DNA from: Stegostoma tigrinum
Taxonomy: Eukaryota
Direction: 5' to 3'
Length of the DNA stretch: 64,000 bases
NCBI RefSeq assembly: GCF_030684315.1
Contig: NC_081360.1
Location: 12,871,763-12,935,762 of the forward strand
The translations under genes were made by a program, and so were the position numbers. Under the pieces are notes generated by a model. The model had not been told where the DNA came from and searched no databases. It saw only the letters and a program-made list of their open reading frames with translations. Numbering within the stretch: position 1 is the first letter of the stretch; every line of letters begins with the position of its first letter. Below are positions 12,785-27,264 of this stretch, piece after piece.

Positions 12785-14233
12785 TCGCAAGTGGATTCTT
12801 TAAGTCCCATGCAATATAATACTGGTTTTATTGGAACCCTTAAACTGGGGCTGAGCGATTTGTTCACTATGCAACCTTAAAAATGTTGAACAAAAACCAT
12901 CCTACAGAATAACGCACACCTCAATCAAACCCAATTTTCACTGCAGTGCATAAATTCATGAACAGGATAAGGGCTGTCACTTCCGGTCCTGTAAAGTGTG
13001 AAGTCTATCCCAGACTACCCTGGAAGGGCAAGGTACCAAAATAATTTGAGGAACTCATGAAGGTAGCTGTTTCATGCTGTTACTATGTCAAACTAACACA
13101 AGTTAAACAGGGCGCCACTGTCCAACTGACAAGATGGTCCACCACAAAACTATGTAATGTAGTCTATGCGTTTCAGTGCTGGTGTGGTGCCGTACATCCC
13201 AATGACTGATGGATCATTTCAAACAGTCTGGCCCTTTGCTTGTTCACAACAACATAGAGATCAAATCCAACTAGCCCATGTACACAAAACTCAAACATCC
13301 CATGTCAGTGTGATTCTACGTTAGGATAATTTAGCAAATGTTGACCAGAGAGAGTCAAAGAATTATGCTAACGATTGATTTAGCACAGTCAGTTGTGTGT
13401 ACTGCAAGTTGCATATATTAATATATATGTGGAGATAAAGAGCATCTCCACATAGTGCCTGTTTCACCTCAACCATATAGGTCGCAGCCGTTCTCTGGTT
13501 CATTTCTCAAGGCTGTGCCTTGATCAAGCGTCTTGTCTGGTTTAAAATTTATAAACAAAGGTTGTCAGTCAACTGTCAGTCATCACTAACTGGCGCATTC
13601 TCCATGGCAATGCCTTAACCCAAGTCTACTCGCTAACCAATCAGCACTCTTATCTTATTCATTTCAAATATTTTGCCCTTTGCTTTGGTGTTGTTTTGTG
13701 AATTAACCTGATGGGTACAAAATGGAAAGCTTCAACAATGTGTATTTTCTCAGTAAATACACAAGTGTTGATATTATTCCATCTCTCAGAGCACATGGCT
13801 GCAGAATAACAGTATCAAATTTTGGACAGGCATAATTACGAGTCCAGACCTACTCAGAGTTCAGTCTAATTTGCAACAAGGCTCTTACAGCCAGCAGAGG
13901 AGATCAAAGGGTCCCCGAAGCTGGTGACTGACATCATCCAGACCACCATTCACAGATGAAAATGTTTCAATCTCCACCAAATGGTATTTGTCCCCTTCCA
14001 AAGCTAAGGCGCTTTGATATGTGAACATATCTCTTCAAACAAATACTTCTGATGGTCATTTCCTTAACACTGATGGAATTCTTGATAAATATATCCTAGA
14101 TATTGCTTCTAAATTCCCCTCCTTAGCCATCTAGCCAAACATCCTAGATGTCATCCAGTCAACTTGCTTCCTTTCCCAACAGATCCCAACATCTTTCAAT
14201 TTGCCAGTGGTCTTATAGAGTTGTCACACTTAC

Positions 14234-14250
14234 CTGGCACTGTCATTCAT
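14234..14250 (-). CDS. ZDBF2: Putative ZDBF2 start-codon exon (exon 14234-14285; MNDSA-S)
   Basis: 52-nt exon with acceptor ttccatttgatctgatAG|G and perfect donor CAG|GTAAGT. ATG at 14250 (gagATG) ends in phase 2, in frame with the 11137 exon, which has no in-frame ATG. Confidence 0.6.
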
Positions 14251-14977
14251 CTCTGCGAAGGACTCACTCACTCCTCTTGATGCACCTATCAGATCAAATG
14301 GAAATCAAACAAACATCGCTGAATCCTCTGCCTTGTAAGATTTTGTTAGTTTTTAAATTCAAGTATTCAATCCAAAATTTCTTAAACATTGTAACTGTAC
14401 CTGCACCCATCACTTCCTCTGGCAGTTCATTCCACACAAAAAAACTGGGTTTAAAAAAAAGAGTAGCTGAGTTGATTAGCATCCATGTATTGAAGGGAAA
14501 GCTAGATGTGTGCACGAGGGAGAAAGGAACAGGTCAGCATGCTGATAGGGAGAGATCAAGTACGGGAGCAGGAACGTATACAACACAACTAACAGCACAT
14601 TACATTGGATGAAAGAGTTGGAGCCTGTGCTGTGTTTCGGTTTACTGATAACTGCATGTACAAATTGTCAGAACTTCGAGATGAAAGTCATTGCTGACAA
14701 CTTATTTTTCTGATACAAATTACAATCTGGGACAGAAGTGATGTCAACATCCAGAGGTCAAAATACCGCTGAACCTTTTTAACTCCGATTCCATTTGAGG
14801 AAGTGGTGGCATCCTATCACTGGATGAGTAATCCAAAGGGTTAATCCTCTTTGGAGAAGCGTTCAAATTCCAATGAGGCAAATGGTGGAATTTAAATTCA
14901 ATAATTTAAACCTGGAATTGAATGCTTATTCCAGTTTCATTATTACTTCTAACCATTACTACCAATGATGGTCATTA

Positions 14978-15313
14978 GGGTGGCATCATGGCACAGTGGT
15001 TAGCACCACTGCCTCTCAGCACCAGAGGTCTGGGTTCAATCCCATCCTCAGATAACTGTGTGGAGTTTGCACATTCTCCGCGTCTGCATGGGTTTCCTCC
15101 GGATGCTCCGGTTTCCTCCCACATACAAAGATGTGCAAGTTAGGTGGATTGGCCATGTTAAATTGTCCATAGTGCCCCGAGATGTGCAGGCTAAGTGGGT
15201 TAACCATGGGAAATGCAGGGTACAGGGATCGGTTAGGGGTGGATCTGGGTGGATTGCTGGCATGGACCTGATGGGCCAAATGGCCTGCTTACACATTGTA
15301 GGGGATTCTATGA
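14978..15313 (+). mobile_element. HE1/V-SINE
   Basis: Same family consensus. Confidence 0.85.
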
Positions 15314-16436
15314 AGATATAAAACCATCTGACTCATGAGTACTCTTCAGGGAAGGAAACCTGCCATCCCTATGCTGCCTGGCCTACATGCAACTCCAGAC
15401 CCACAGCAATGCGATCAACTCTGAAGTGATCTGCAAAATGACTCTGGCACACCACTCAGCTTGAGGGCAATTGTGGGTGAGCAACGAAGCTTCTTCTCTT
15501 CTGCTATCGGATTTCTGAACAGACCACTTAAATTCTGAATTTAATGTTGATCTCACTCTTGGTGCGCCTTCTCTGCAGCCGTAACACTGTACTCCTCACT
15601 TAGTGCATTAGGGAAATAGAACATTGTATGGTGTGATCTGCTTGTACTGCACACAAAACAAGACTTTTCACTGTACCTAGGTACATGTGACAATAATAAA
15701 TCAAATCGATTTTTTTTAAAGAAGGTGCTGGCCTTGTCAGTGATACATGTCTTATCAAAGACAGAAATCAAAAACTATTTTATTCCCTTGAACACCTCTG
15801 CGACAGTTATCAATTATTAATAGAAGGAAAAAAAAATCTTTAATCAGACTACACAAAAATACTGCCTTGGATGTAAAGCACTTGGTCGCAGCCTCAGATT
15901 ATCAAAGGCACTACCTGAATACAACTAATTTCTTGTCTCAATTACTGCTTTCTCTTACCAACAATATCTCCAAAGACAACATATTAAAGACACTATAGCA
16001 GCACTTTTTCGATGAAAGTCATGTCCACATAGAACACTACAGCACAGGAATATACTCTTTGGCCCATGATGTTGCATCGAACGTGATGCCAAATTAATCT
16101 GATCCTTTCTGCCTGTCAGCAGTCCAGATACCTCCATTCCTTGCATATTCATGAGCTGACCTAAAAGCCCTTTAAACTGCCCTATTGTTTCTGCCGCCAC
16201 CACTACCCCTGACAACATGTTCCAGGCTCCTAATGCTTTCTAAAAGAACTTGCCCCTCACCCTTCCTTTGAAACCGCGCCCCACCCCCACCCCATTTACC
16301 TTAAATGCATGCCCCTTAGTATTAGACATTTTAATTCTGGGAAAAAGATCCTGACTGTCAACCCTATCCATGCTTCTCATTCTTAGAAGCTTCTATCAGG
16401 TGTTACTTTGTCCAGTCTCTCCTTATGGCTCAAATA

Positions 16437-17712
16437 TCCATAAGACAAAGGAGTGGAAGTAAAGCCATTCAGCCCATCAAGTCCGCTCCGCCATTTAAAT
16501 CATGGCTGATGGGCATTTCAACTCCACTTCCCTGCACTCTCTCCGTAGCCCTTGATTCCTTGTGAGATCAAGAATTTATCAATCTCTGCCTTGATGGCAT
16601 CTAGTGTCCCGGCCTCCACTGCACTCCGTGGCAATGAATTCCACAAGCCCACCACTCTCTGGCTGAAGAAATGTCTCCTTATTTCCGTTTCAAACTGACC
16701 CCCTCTAATTCTAAGGCTGAGAGTGCCCACGGTCCTAGTCCCCCCGCCTAACGGAAGCAACTTCCCAGCGCACACCCTTTCTAAGCCACACGTTATCTTG
16801 TAAGTTTCCATTAGATCTCCCCTCAATCTTCTAAACTCTAATGAATATGATCCCAGGATCCTTAGCCGTTCATCATACGTTAAACCTACCATTCCAGGGA
16901 TCATCAGTGTGAATCTCCGCTGGACACGCTCCAGGGCCAGTATGTCCTTCCTGAGGTGTGGGGCCCAAAATTGGGCACAGTATTCTAAATGGGGCCTAAC
17001 TAGAGCTTTATAAAGACTCAGACGCACATCGCTGCTTTTATATTCCAACCCTCTTGAGATAAACGATAACATTACATTCATTTTCTTAATCACAGACTCT
17101 ACCTGCAAGTTAACTTTTAGAGAATCCTGGACCAACACTCCCAGATCCCTTTGTACTTCTGCTTTGCGAATTTTCTCACCATTTAGAAAATAGTCCATGC
17201 CTGTCCTCTTTTTTCCAAAGTGCAAAACCTCGCATTTGCTCACGTTGAATTTCATCAGCCATTTCCTGGACCACTCTCCTAAACTGTCTAAATCTTTCTG
17301 CAGCCTCCCCACCTCCTCTGTACTACCTGCCTGTCCACCTATCTTCGTATCATCGGCAAACTTTGCCAGAATGCCCCCAGTCCCTTCATCCAGATCATTA
17401 ATATATAAAGTGAACAACTGCGGCCCCAACACTCAACCCTGTGGGATACCACTCATCACCGGTTGCCATTCCGAAAAAGAGCCTTTTATCCCAACTCTCT
17501 GCCTTCTGTCAGACAGCGAATCCTCAATCCAAGCCAGTAGCCCACCTCGAACACCATGGGCCTTCACCTTGCTCAGCAGCCCCCCATGAGGCACCTTATC
17601 AAAGGCCTTTTGGAAGTCTAGATAGACAACATCCACTGGGTTTTCCTAGTCTAACATACTTGTTAGAATTCTTTGAAGAGATAACAAGTTTGTCAGGCAC
17701 GACCTCCCCTTA
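16437..17712 (-). mobile_element. CR1 LINE 3' portion with near-intact reverse transcriptase
   Basis: ORFs 17433-17636 (YLDFQKAFDKVPH...GIPQG*) and 16518-17432 (LGPQLFTLYINDL...KFADDTK...YKALVRPHLEYC) are in frame and separated by one TGA. Confidence 0.92.
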
Positions 17713-17742
17713 CTGTCTCTTGCTTTTCAGGGCAATTGTATA

Positions 17743-18043
17743 TAGAATCCTTACAGTATGGATGGAAACAGGCCCTTCAGCCCAATAAGTCCACACCGAC
17801 CCTCACAGAATCCCACCCAGACCTAATGCCCTATACTCCACCTAATCTACACATCCCTGGACACTATGGGAAATTTAACCTGGCCAATCCACCTTGTCTG
17901 CACACCTTTGGGCTGTGGGAAGAAACCCACGCAGACACGGGGAGAACGTGCAAACTCCACATGGTTGTCCGAGGCTGGAATTGAACCCAGGTCCCTGGCA
18001 CTGAGAGGTTGCAGTGCAAACTACTGAGCCACCATGCTGCCCC
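17743..18043 (-). mobile_element. HE1/V-SINE
   Basis: Same family consensus. Confidence 0.82.
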
Positions 18044-18764
18044 ATTTAATTGCCTGTTAAACTAAACTGAAAGGATATTGAGGGGTTAGCGAATCTCAGG
18101 GATTGTCTATCTCAGAGGCTGTCGCTGCAAAGTTTTCCAGTATTTCAAGGCTGAGGTAGTATTTTTGGAGCTTTAGGCATCAATGGGGAACATGGGGCTG
18201 TGCAGGAAGGTGAAGCTAAACAGGCTCAAAAGACCCAAACGGCCTCCTACTCTTCGGCCTGCCTGAGTATAAGGAATTTTGAGTTGTTTCCAGTTGGCTG
18301 TCTTTTGTAAACTGAAATAAATACACACAAAACAGACTTCTGAATAATATAAAAGCACATGCTGAGTTTCAGTGATTCCATCATCCAAAATGTGGCTCAA
18401 AAGAATTATTTAAAAATTGTTATGGCATACAAGGAGGACAGGTTGCAGAATTGAAAATACGGAGGATATAAAGAACTTGGTAAATTATATTAGTATCAGC
18501 TGCAGTACTGCTCCAGTTAAAACAAAAAGGTGCTTTAAGCATAACTCTAAATTGCACATATCCTTTCCCTGTCTGTGAGTTCGCAGTGACTGGCAATGAC
18601 CAATGTACAAAAGTGACGAATGAGATGAACCAAACTCCCCTTCTTCCCTTACACATACATCAACTCCTTACTTACCACATTTATAAAGAAGCTGTTTTGG
18701 GACTTGTCAATCCTAGTTTTACAAGGAAACTAAAAGATAATTCAAAACACTGAACTAATGACAG

Positions 18765-19250
18765 AGTCACAGACGTATACAGCATGGAAGCAGACCCATT
18801 GGTCCAACGCATCCATGCCAAGCAGATACCCCAAATTATTCCATTCCCATTTGTCACCATTTGCCCATATTTCTCCAAACCTTTCCCACTGATATACCCA
18901 TTCAGATGCCTTTTAAAATGTTGTAAGTGTGCCAGTCGCCACCATTTCCTCTGGTACCTCATTCCATAAATGCATCACCCTGTGTGAAAAAGCTGCCCCT
19001 CAGGTCCCCTTTAAATCTTTCCCCCCCTCACCTTACAACCTGTGTCCTCTAGTTTTGGACTCCCTGGGAAAAAGACCTTGGCTATTCACCCTATTCACGC
19101 CCCTCACCATTTTATAAACCTCTCTGACTTCAGCCTTCAGTCTCCAATGCTCCAGGGAAAATAGCCCCAGTGTATTCAGCCTCTCCTTACAACTCAAACC
19201 CTCCAATCCCGGCAACATCCTTGCTTGTTTTTCTGCACCTTCTCAACGTT
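18765..19250 (-). mobile_element. CR1 LINE 3' fragment
   Basis: MLPGLEGLSCKERLNTLGLFSLE...EVYKMVRG remnant. Confidence 0.8.
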
Positions 19251-22200
19251 CACAACAGTTACTGCTGAAAACAGGGTCTGCTGAATGCATGTCTGAGGAA
19301 AGAAAAACTTCCACAGACTATCGAAAAGATTAAAGACAAGACAGCTGCAAGATCTTAAAAGTCTGAGAGAAGCTGCCATCAACAGCAAATGCAGTAGCAT
19401 CATTCTGTGTGGAACCATGGTGGTGGTGTTTTTGGGCTGGGGTGGTGCGTGGAAGACAGCAGAGAGAGGAGTGAGAGAGACAAATGAGAATGGAAAAGTG
19501 ACAAAAGATGTGTCTTTGGCAGCAAGAGTTTAAAAAAAACCAGAGTTTTTAATAAGGTTGAGGAGATAGTCCATGACATTTTGTGGAACAGAGCTGACAG
19601 AACTATCATTCTGAAAAGTTCAAAAAGCCTTGGATTGTTTACCCTAGAAAAGGTTTACAGTTAAAACAGGAACCCAATATTCACCGTACCCATCAATGTT
19701 CTGCAAACAGGAACCTACTGTAGCAGAAAGCTTATGGGTGCACTGGCTCTGATAACTTACAGCAAAGCAACTATGTCAAGACGTCAGGAACAGTTCCACA
19801 GCCCCCAGCCACTCTGCAGGGAGTTAGACAGTTTGGAGGACAACCTTTACCAACAACTGCTATATCCCCAGGCAAAAGAGAAACAAGCTGGGTTTTCAAC
19901 CCTGCCGCATTAGTCCAAAATCAGCATCCATGCTGTCATCTTTGTGTATATAATTAGGAGGAATCAACACACATTCAGGCATATTGAACGAAAGCAACTT
20001 TGCTATTACAATAATTAATTCCCTTGAGATAGAAAGTAAGTGCACTGGTTAAACAAGCTTCCAAAACAAAAGGAAAATCTAGACCACACTTACTGTTGAA
20101 TGTTTGATGTCAAATACCCTGAAGATAGATTCTATTTCCAACTTCACATGTTCCTAAGACTAAAAGCACCGTAACCACCTCACAAGGCAGTTTGGCACAT
20201 CATCCGTTGTTTACATAAGGCACTTAATGATCTCCCTGGTGAAGCTTGCTTAGTGGCTTTTCTCAGTAATTGCAAAAATATTCTACTCCACTATTGCGGT
20301 TCATAAACACTGCCTCCAAGGGCAGAGGGGGTGGGGCATGTGCCAAAAACAAAAGGAGGTGATATCTTCAATACCACCTTTCACAACCGCAGGGCATCCC
20401 GGAGTGGTTCGCAGCCAACAAAACACTTATTTTGAAGTACAGCGGCTGTTGTGAAATCGGTTGCCTTGTTTCCTATGTTATTTAGGGTAGAAAGAGCACG
20501 GTCACTGTAATGCAGCACCTGAAAAAGACAACACCTCCAACCTTGCCACTGGATAGCACACACCGTGTATGTTGGAGACTCTGGAACAGGACCAGAACTC
20601 ACGACCTTCTGAACCTGACACCAGACTGCTGCTGACTAGGCAGCAGCTGACACAGGATAAGTAGCAACTAATCTGCCAACTAACAATATGAATGGGTGAG
20701 TGCCTTAATTTTAAAAAAGCAGACAGAGCTGCATTCTAAGGATTTGCTGAGCATTTACACAGCAGAATCGAGACCTCCATTTTATTATATATGTTGTTCA
20801 ATTACCGATGGGCGTAACGTATAAAATGCATAGAATGATTGCTCAGGAAGTAATAGGTTAGGCTCAGCGTTCCAACACTGGGTTTGAGTAGGGGACAACC
20901 AAATCATGTGTGGCTTCCTCCACCACCATCCTCCAACTTGCTTAGTGGAAAGGAGATGGGAATCTGTCAACCTCCTGAGTTTTGCTGCCTTACCTCTTTC
21001 AGTCTCTACAGTGCGAATAATTCATGGGTTTGACCTGGTTGGCACCTCGCCCCAAGCTTCTATTCTTCAAGCACTGCCCTGAAATGAACGCGAACAGGTT
21101 ACTCATGCAATGAGACCAAGCCCCCTACCTGACACACAAGTGGCACTGGTCTGCAACCCCCTAACCAGCCAGGGCGTGTTGAAGCATGAAGCAACATCCC
21201 CACCTCGTTTCACGTCTTTCTCAGATTAGATCCACAACTGCCATGCAGGTAGAGAACAAAACCTGAAAATTCTCTACCTGTCTGACACAGCGCCACATCA
21301 GGTTCAACCACAGTGAGCCACAAAGACAGACTTAAAATTATCCTGAACCATGAAGTGGTCACTGTTCCAACAGCCTATCCTACGCTGATTTAAAAGCAAT
21401 CCAGAGCTACACCATGAAATATAAATTCAGCTAATATGGAGTGCAAACATGGTGGCAAATCCATTCCATCGCTGACACAACTAGGAAAAGTGCCCCATCA
21501 GTCTGAGTTACTAAAGGGAGTTGGGTCAGAGTGTTATGTACAGTACATTAATGAATAACATCTAACCCATTCAAACTGTTTCACCAATGGCCACGTGGAG
21601 GAGGTACATTAAATCAGCCAAGAGCATTGAATTGTATAACACAATGCAGTAAAACGTACCATGTCACTTCGCAAGACCAGAGGAAATTTGAAACCTAGCC
21701 TACGTAAGGAGACATTCGGATAGTATTGGCAAAGAAAGGAGGTTTTCAGCATCCAGGAAATTAAAAGTAGCAGAGGTCTGGTGCAGTTGCCATATTTCAG
21801 CCTGGACAGCCAAAGGTACAGCAACAAAACAAAAATGGACCGCACAATAGATCTAGAAGTGTGAGGGTTGCAGGAGATTGGAGAGGTAACGTCATACGGC
21901 CACTTACAAACAAGGATGAGAATTCTAAAACTAGGTTGTTGCTATACTGGTAGCCAATGTAGGCCGATGAATATAGGATGACAAGCGAACCGAGTGCCCT
22001 TACCTTTGTCACTTAGAAGTGACAGCGGCCTCACTCTGCCAGTTGATTTATATTGCCAGGGCTGGAATAACTTGTTGCCCTGATAAAGAGCAATTTTCCT
22101 TAATATTTCATAGTTCATGGAAATTGCAGCGAACATTAAATTGCAGCTAGCTATCTTATTTTGTGTAATGCCGTCTCTGCCGAGACCACATTGCACAACA

Positions 22201-25200
22201 ATAGGTGGAGAATGTTTCTGCTGTAAACATTCTCAATCCACACCACACAATAGACCAAAGGGAATGTTCATAACATCAACATTCCAAGCCTGCACTGCAC
22301 GGGGAGGGGGAGGGGGGAGTCCTGTCCATCAGGCCTCACTGGAAGAGCTCTCCAATTAGAACCACTCTTTCACCATCCTCTTGCAGATATTTTTTTTTAA
22401 TGAAAGCATCAATTCAATTCCCTCTTGAATGTCATTTTGAAATCCACTTGCATCATCCTTTGAAGTCAGTGCATTTTGGTTAAACAACATCCTGAACCAA
22501 ATGAACTCCCTCACTTGTTCTCTTGAACCTTGTAAATTCTCAGTTACCGACTCATCTACCGTATCAAAACTCTTCATAATTTTGAATTACTCTGTTAGAT
22601 CTCCCTTTAACCTTCACTGCTCTGAGGAGAACAGTCCTAACTTTGCTTCTCTCTCTCTCCTCGCAAAGATCCTCTCTCTCCTGGAATCGTTCTGAGACTT
22701 CTCTTCTTGGAACCTCTCAAAAGGCCTCCTTTGGACAATACTACAACTGAAACCTGACCAGTCATCTCTGAAGTTCATTCAGAGAATGGTGTAGTTAAAA
22801 AAAAAGTTGAAAGCTTGACTAACTGTAAAATTTTCTGAAATTAAGATATGCACTATTGGATTAATTTTATTTCCTTAGATTTCATTCAGAGACACACAGT
22901 GCACCCACCTTGCATCCAAAAACCGTACTATGCCAACGCACTAAAGTCCAAAATTGCAAATAGCTGGAGACAGCTCTAGACTGAAATCAGAGATTTGGCC
23001 ATCTGGGTGACAGTAACTGCAGGAAAATATCAATGGCTTGGTTGGGTGCGAGGTAAATGAAATTCAAGCCATAGAAGAGTAAAGTTAAGCATTTTTAGGT
23101 AAAGAAACCAAGGAAGGTACTGGGAGGGGGAGAGGAAGTGAGACTTTGGAGTGCATGTTCACAGGTCCCTGGAAGAGGTAGAACAAGTAGGTAGGTGGCA
23201 AAGACAGCAGGGAGTCTGTGATGTATGGCACAAAAACAGATCCTTTGGTCCAACTTGTCCATGTCAACCAGATACCCTAAATTAATCTAGCCTCATTTTC
23301 CAACATTTGGCCCATATTCCTCCAAACCCCTCTTATTTATATATCCATCCAGATGCCTTTTGAATGTTATAACTGTACCAGCTTCCACCACTTCCTCTGG
23401 CAGCTCATTCCCCACACGCATCACCCTCTGGTTACCCCTCAGGTCCCTTTTATACCTTTCCCTTCACTGGGTGAAGTCTTTCATTTGAGACAGGTAGTAA
23501 TGCTGAAACCACCCAAGACACTTCTTAGTCCACAGCTGAGAGTTTGGTGTACATTTCTGTTCATAACTCAGTTGGTCATTGTTAGAATGCAGAGGTTGTT
23601 TGCGAGAATATTGTCAAAGACTTGGAAGATCGAAGGAGGAGGAGAGATTAGAAAGGCTGTGATTGTTTTCCTTGATGCAGAAGCGGCTGAATGGTGACCG
23701 AGTCAAGGTTACAGAAACGATGACGGGCTCGGTTAGAACGGACAGGGAAGACCTATTTCCAGGGGCCTAAGATCTAAGGTGATCTGTAGATGACTGAGAG
23801 GGGATGACAGGAAGCTGTTTTTTCACCCAAAGCAGGGAAATGGCCATCAAATTAGATGATTGAGAGAGAAACACTCACTTAAAAATGATCCTCAATGTGC
23901 ACATAAAGCTTCATATCTTGCAAAGTGACGGACCAGATACTGGAGGGTGGGATTAGAACACGTGGTTAGTTTATTTAGTTGGTGTGGACAAAATGGGCTG
24001 AATGGCTTCTTTTTGGTACTGTAACCTGTTTATGGCTCAAGAACCCAGGTGCATATTTATTTATTGCAGTTGTGGGACTTAGGTGTCCCTAGTTGCCCTT
24101 GAGAAGGTAGTAGAGAGCCAACTTCTTGAACCGTTGTCCCGTTGTCGTCCACCTGCTGACAGTAAACCCACAATGCCATGAGGCAGGAAATTCCAGGATT
24201 ACAACCCTGTGACAGTGAAGGAATGGTGACATATTTCCAAATCAGGATGGCATGTGGCTTGAAGGGGAACTTGCAGGTGGTAGTGTTCCCATTTACCTGC
24301 TGCCCTAGTCCTTCTAGATGGAAATGGTTGAGAGTTTGGAAGGTGCTTTCTGAGGATCTTTGGTGAATTTCTGCAGGAACACAAGTGGACCATTTGGCCA
24401 TGAAGCCTGCTCGATCTTTGCAAAAGTCATGATGATTTTATTGTGGTCTCAATAACTTCTGTCCTGCCACTGCATCCACCCCCTGCATACCTGGGATTTC
24501 CTAGTCCAACCCAGCTTGAAGGTAGAATTGGAGCCTGTTAAGCAAACATTTGGAAATCAACTGTAACCATAAATAGTCTGTAACAAGTGCTGAAGCCGTT
24601 GTTGGGAGCAGGGTGAAATTTCATATAACGTGGAAACGGATCCTTTGGTCCAACTTGTCAAGGCTGACTAGCAATTCCATTGTGACCTAGTCCCATTTGC
24701 TGGCATTTGGCCCAAAACCCACTAAGCCCTTCCTATTCATAAACCCACCTTTTTAAAAAAATGTTGTAATTATACACTTCCCCCGATGAAACAATACATG
24801 TCTAAAGCAACAGCACCTAATACAAGCCTAAAATACTTCAAATGTAAAGTGAGCTATTCCAAGTGCTGACATCTTTGATTATATTGAATCTGCACCTCAA
24901 AAAGAGTATTTGGCCTGGTTGGTCTATACTCACTCAAATATCCACCTTCACAAGTGTAGAATAAGGGGTCACCCATTTAAGACAAAGATGAGGAATTTCT
25001 TCTCCAAGGGTAATAAATCTGCAGAAACCTTGGCTACAGAGTGTTGTTGAGGCTGGGTTATTAATTATATTCAAGGCTGATATCAGGTCAGCTATGATCT
25101 AAATCGAATGACAAAATAGACTCAATAGGCCAAATGGCATACTTCTGCTCCTATGACTACAGTCATCATCAATATGATCGGTATATTCTCCCTTTCCATT

Positions 25201-26634
25201 CTTCCTGGTAAGCTTCTTTCAGTTTCCTCGCAGAATCTTATTTGTCACAACCACTCCATGTGGTAAATAAAGTGCCACATTCTCACCACACTCCAGCCAC
25301 AATTTCTTCCTGAAGTAAATATTGACCAACATGAGTTTTATCCCAGATAAATTCAGAAAGAAAAAAACAAACAAACAATCTGATTCCATCCTAGGGCATG
25401 ATAAAAGGCAAACTGATCAGAACCTTCTTGCAGAGAGATGTAATCAAGTCAAAGTTGCACCCCAGGCTTTCAATACATTTGGGAGATATAGTTGACTACT
25501 CGGCATGGAGACCACCCTACAACTTTAGATGATTGGAGCTCAGCAACTGCACACTACTTGGTTAGAAAAGTTAAAGATGAAGCTCTGGTCCACTGTATGT
25601 GGATTATATCCTTAAGTCTTACTACAAAGCAAGCTTTTCAGTTCAGATCCTAAAGAGGTACAGTCTACTCACTCAAGTGGACATAAGAGATCGATGACAC
25701 TATTGAAAAAACACTTTTCCTGGAGCCCAGAGGCATTGCTTACCCTCTATCAAATGCCCGTGAACAGACGATCCTGTGTTGATGGAAAAAGATATTTTGT
25801 CTAAGTTTGTCTTGCAAGAACGATTATATTTGCATGAAATAGGGATGATCCAATCATCATATTATCCTTTGGATGTGTGCCAATTGTTTCCAAAACAAGT
25901 AATTGCTTAACATCAAATGTGCTACAATGGCTATAAAGCATCTGAAGACATTGGGAGATTGTGCCAGGTACCACATAGAGTGCAACATTTTCTTTCAAAT
26001 CCCTTCAGATGTAGGAATTGGAACTTGCTTTCCCAAATCATGAAACTTTGCAAATTCGTTAATAACAGCCTCACAGCTCACACTCTTTCAAAAATAAGCT
26101 TGTACAAAGATAGCGTACAGATCGAAGGAAAAAGGACAAGTGTTTAATTCATTCAGATTGGGCCAACATTTATTTGTCATCTTTAGCTGCTATCAAGGTG
26201 GTGGTGGTAGTGAGCTGCTTTCTGAATCTCTGCAGTCCATGTAGTGTAGCTTCACCCACAATGCTATAGGGAGGAAATGACAATTGTAGCCTAGGGCAAT
26301 TGAAGGAACAGACTGATATTTCCAATCAAAGATGGTCTACAGCTTGGAGAGGAACCTGATGGTGTATCCCAAGCATCTGCTACTCCTGTCCAAAGTGGGT
26401 GATGTTACAGGTTTGTAAACAGCCTAAGGAGGCTTGGTAAATAGTTACGGCTCATCTTGTAGCTGATATACACTGCTCCAACTGTCAGCAGTGGACAGAC
26501 TGAATGTTGAACATGTTAAATAGGAGGCCACTTGATTACCACTCTTTGTCCTATACGGCGTCAAGTTGTGTTGAAGCTACACTCATCCTGACAATTTGGG
26601 AATGTTCCACCACACTCCTAATTTCAGCCTTGTG

Positions 26635-27010
26635 ATGTGATTTATTGTCACATGTAGCTAAGTACAGTAAAAAGTTTTGATTTGCTTGCAGGACAGGCAG
26701 ATCATAACATACAAGGACATACAGATCGTCTGGTAATTGACCAAAACAAGGGATAGAATGTTACAGCTGCACAGGGTGTTCAAAAGCAAGATTAGCACTA
26801 GATTCAAAATCTGAGAGGTCCATTCAGCAGTCTAATGACAGTTGGGAAGAAACTGTTCTTAAACCTGTTGGTATGCATGTTTAAGCTTTTGTATCTTCTG
26901 CTTGACAGAAGAGATTTGAAGAGATTATAACCGGGGTTGGAAGGCTCTTTAATCATTTTGGCTGCCTCTCTGCAGCAACGAGATGGTGCACAGGCTTTGA
27001 AGAGGCAGTG
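26635..27010 (-). mobile_element. Rex1/Babar-like LINE 3' fragment
   Basis: ORF remnant HTNRFKNSFFPTVIRLLN and aataaatc-type tail. Confidence 0.6.
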
Positions 27011-27044
27011 AGTTGCCACAGAACTACAAGCATTTATTCTGTTA

Positions 27045-27264
27045 CAGAGATAGTAGGTACTGCAGATGTTGGAGAATCTGAGATATCAAGGTGTACAGCT
27101 GGATGAACACAGCAGGCCATACAGCATCAGAGGAGCAGGAAGGCTGACGTTTCGGGTCGAGACCTTCCTGCTCCTCTGATGCTGCATGGCCTGCTGGATG
27201 GTGTTCATCCAGCTGTACACCTTGATATCTCAAATTCTCCAGCATCTGCAGTTCCTGCTATCTC
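27045..27264. mobile_element. Penelope-type inverted hairpin element
   Basis: Arms gagatagtaggtactgcagatg... / ...catctgcagttcctgctatctc, related to the 228 and 62933 elements. Confidence 0.75.

Noticed and set aside
13560-13760. Possible fourth hammerhead family (cctgatgggtacaaaatggaaagcttc)
   Set aside because: Core and stem II too degenerate to support from a single copy.
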